This document shows positions 60,903 to 64,000 of a stretch of 64,000 bases of DNA, piece after piece. Location: contig OZ316895.1 in NCBI GenBank assembly GCA_973895155.1, positions 12,769,263-12,833,262 on the forward strand, given 5' to 3'. This stretch comes from Marsupella aquatica (Eukaryota; Plantae; Marchantiophyta). The stretch's first letter is position 1. Each line of letters starts with the position of its first letter. The translations under genes were made by a program, and so were the position numbers. The notes beneath the pieces are model-generated. The model was not told the origin of the DNA, did no database searches, and worked only from the letters and a program-made list of their open reading frames with translations.

Positions 60903-63594
60903 AAATTTAATTTGTGATATTTATAATTAGATGAATGTTTGATCAAATGAATTGTTTCAATTTATTGAGTGTTCAAGTTTGGACCATGGTTACTAATTTA
61001 TCTTAGTTGTAAAGGGCCAAAAATCTTACTCCAGGTGTCAATTATCATTTGACAAGAAAATTATCAAATTAATTATTAATTATTATATAAAAAACATATT
61101 TTATAAATCTTTAAAATTAAATTTTAAAATTGAAAATGTAATTAAAATAATTACATAATGATAATTTTAATTATTTTGTTATTTATATTTATAATTTTAA
61201 ATTATTATTTTTATGATATGATATTTCAAAATTTATATTCAAATTAACATAAACATGAATAAAAATTATAAATTTGATTCACAAAATTGATAAATATTAT
61301 TTGTTGTGATTATTATTGATATGGCACAATATGGTACCAGAATTTTGGAAAGAAACTCTAATGTTATAACTATAATCTACCTACTGAAACATTATGAAAA
61401 TCAATATTCAATAAAATTCCAAACATTAGAAAACATTAGGAGACTCGCCAAACCTGGTGGGAAATCACAGTTTAATCGAATTCCTTATGCCGAAGAGACC
61501 CGAGACTTACTTACATAAGCAGAAGAACAAAAAATGCCTACCCCACTATGAGAACATCAGTCTTTCGTCATGAAGAATTCCTTAAGTCAAACTCAAAGAC
61601 AACAGACCCCCCCAAAAACGAGCCCAGGAAGACCAAAGAGCCGTTTGCATCTGCCTGCCCTGTTTGGCTCTTTATTGCTCATCAGACCACAATCTTCTGA
61701 AAGTTAAGGAGCACAATCTTCCAGTAAAGTTGTTACGTCTGTCTACACACTGTGAATGGAGAAAGGCTACTCTGACTCTTCAAAAGCAAGCACGGCTCAC
61801 CGTATCCTCCGCCCTCCTATATTAAGACTAGCATTGCAGCTAATTGCTCGAACGATAGGACATTGAGTCATCCACATAGAAAAGTGGAAATTCCGGTCAT
61901 AGAGTCCACAGTCAATTTCACCTCGATGTGACGATGATGCGAGCTGCTATAAGCTGTTTCGAATCCTAGCTATAAGAGGACAATGAAAGAGCATCCACTG
62001 ATAACAGAATCTTCGGAATTGCTTTCTCTGAACTGCAGCAATTGAGTTTACACTATGCACAACTTTCAGAGGGTTTCCATCGCAAACATTAGCTATGTTG
62101 GACAAGGAAATGAAACTCGAAATTTGTGACCTCTGTTTCTGTGCAGTGCTGGGTCTAGCCTGGAATCTACTTAAAAGGTCGATCTGACGTGTACATATGT
62201 TACTGCTACGGAGATCACTAAATCCGCCTTCACAGCAAAACAGAAAATTGGCAACGTTTCAAACGTTGTACACGAAGCTTTGTAGCATTCGCACTTTGTC
62301 TGATCCTGTCCCTTTGTGCAAAGCTGTAGTTATCGTGCAAAAGGAGCTCTGCAAGAGGACAACAACGAAAGCAGAGTCAGCAAGATTTTTGTCCTGGACG
62401 GTAAACTGGATTTTACAGTGCTGCCACTCAGTAGGCTTCCCTTCCTAGTCTCCCAAGAGCTTTTACTTACAGCGACGTCCGGACTATAATAATGCACGAT
62501 GCACTATTCCCCAGACAAAACAAGGTGGAAACAAGAAACACGTCAGTCATAAAGTAACCTAAAGCCCCCTCTCACCGGGCAATCTCCTGGATAAAGCATC
62601 CAGGACAATGTCCTCGCGAAAGGACTTCACCTAACACTCCACCTAGTCAATGAGCAGCAGATCCATCGACATGATGGGAATCTAATCCAGACCGGGTCTT
62701 ATCCAGGGATAAGCTATCCTGCTACGACGAAGTGCAGATTCTTAAGCGTACAGAAGACAGAAGCATATATCGTGCTGCCCGAGGACATGTTTTAAGCCCA
62801 CGTTTTGTGTTTCCTCGTAGGTTTTTGGAAGTTAGGTTTAGGCCCTATCGCCTGAAAATGAAAATCCATGACCTCTTTTGACAAAATGGATGAAATCAGT
62901 TCTTCCTTCAATTCTTTCAGAAAGATTCCACGAGTGGCACTTCATGGACACTCGACCGTCATGCAAACTTTGAAGGAATCGAAGTGGTCCACAGCATGAG
63001 TGAAAGGCATGTAGAAATTATGCAATATGTAATCAATGTAGTGGTGACAGGCATACAAGCCAGGCAGGCGACAAATTAAATAGAAGACAAACAAATGCAT
63101 AATGACGAAGGAAACGACCGAAAAAGCGGGCTTGCTTGTAAGGAAGAAGCAAGGAAAAGAGCTGTCCAATCCAGCTCTAGCCATTGCTTGATTGGAAGGA
63201 CAACCTTGCCCAAGGGAGGTTGTTGGGTACAAGAATACCTGTCAAAGCTTTTTGTACTGTTCGATCAACCTAGATGCATGCAGACGAGACGTGGGCTCCA
63301 CCGTACAGCCCAGACTTCTGAGGAATGATAACTGCAAACGTCAGAAAGGATATCAGAAAGCAACACTGATGTTAAATTCCAGTGAAAAACATTCCACGTT
63401 TCCATTTTTCTAATTTTCTCGTTTCACTGTAGATCAGGTAGGTTCAACAAGTCACGCTTGATAGCATTGATAGGGCTGCCCTGTTTAAGCGAGTGTCCAC
63501 CCTTTTTGCGTTACCAGTCTACAAATAGTTGCTAGTTTCACTCGGCCGACACAGCTGTGGAGAACGTATTCGAAGGCATTCATGCCCAGTGCTT

Positions 63595-64000
63595 CTACAA
63601 GTCCAACAAGAGGAAAGACTGCACAGGGTCTGAGAGATTCAAAGCAACCGCTGTGGACCATCGAAGACAGCTTGGAAGTAACATGCAGACGAGGGTGTCG
63701 AACGTGTCCATCGACGATTCCAGAGACCGGATGCATGTTTCAAGGGTACGAAACTCACCTGTTTTGGCGTCACAGGGGCGGCGGCCTGCGATCGCTCACT
63801 ACTCTGCTGTTGAAAATGCTCCTGAACGAAAGATGACAAGAAAAGTGCAACGGCCTGTTAAGACTCATAAGTCGATGGCACCGAATTACAAAGAGCGATA
63901 CCTCCTCTGGAAAATCGAGCGCACAAAAAGTTGAAAGTCCTTCGATCGAATTCGCATATTACGAATATGGCAAGGTTTCTACGATATTTACCTGTCGCTC
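63595..64000 (-). CDS. Probable 3' exons of an unidentified gene continuing beyond the window (>64000-63992, 63821-63759, 63618-63595: ...EHFQQQSSERSQAAAPVTPKQ-SFLLLDL*)
   Basis: Donors CAG|GTAAAT (63991) and CAG|GTGAGT (63758), acceptors TTCGTTCAG and CTGTGCAG. The 63-nt exon is open only in phase 0. No homology recognised. Confidence 0.4.

Noticed and set aside
61020-61340. Extremely AT-rich tract as a foldback element
   Set aside because: Inverted matches are short and expected by chance at this base composition.

Overview
Eukaryotic nuclear DNA from a plant: it has MSH1, a serine decarboxylase, GT-AG introns and tRNA-iMet-primed Ty1/copia elements. Gene content suggests a non-seed lineage such as a bryophyte, which is inference only. 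Four complete genes are supported: a 5-exon coiled-coil/VWA/alpha-kinase (20642-24072, +), an MSH1 encoded by one uninterrupted ORF (28116-31961, +), an intronless class-3 lipase (34350-36104, -) and a 5-exon serine decarboxylase with a long Ser/Thr/Ala-rich N-terminal extension (46688-50604, -). The probable 3' exons of a fifth gene lie at the right edge. The rest is TE-rich: two related copia elements with intact termini and TSDs (2654-9007, 51369-55585), MULE and CRE-type LINE relics, a Tc1/mariner-like derivative, several MITEs, and two copies of a ~1.5 kb element with Helitron2/Helentron-like ends inserted at TT. The best leads are the VwkA-like alpha-kinase in a plant genome, the asymmetric-IR element, the intronless MSH1 and the extended SDC. 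All calls come from motif recognition by eye; no database search was run.
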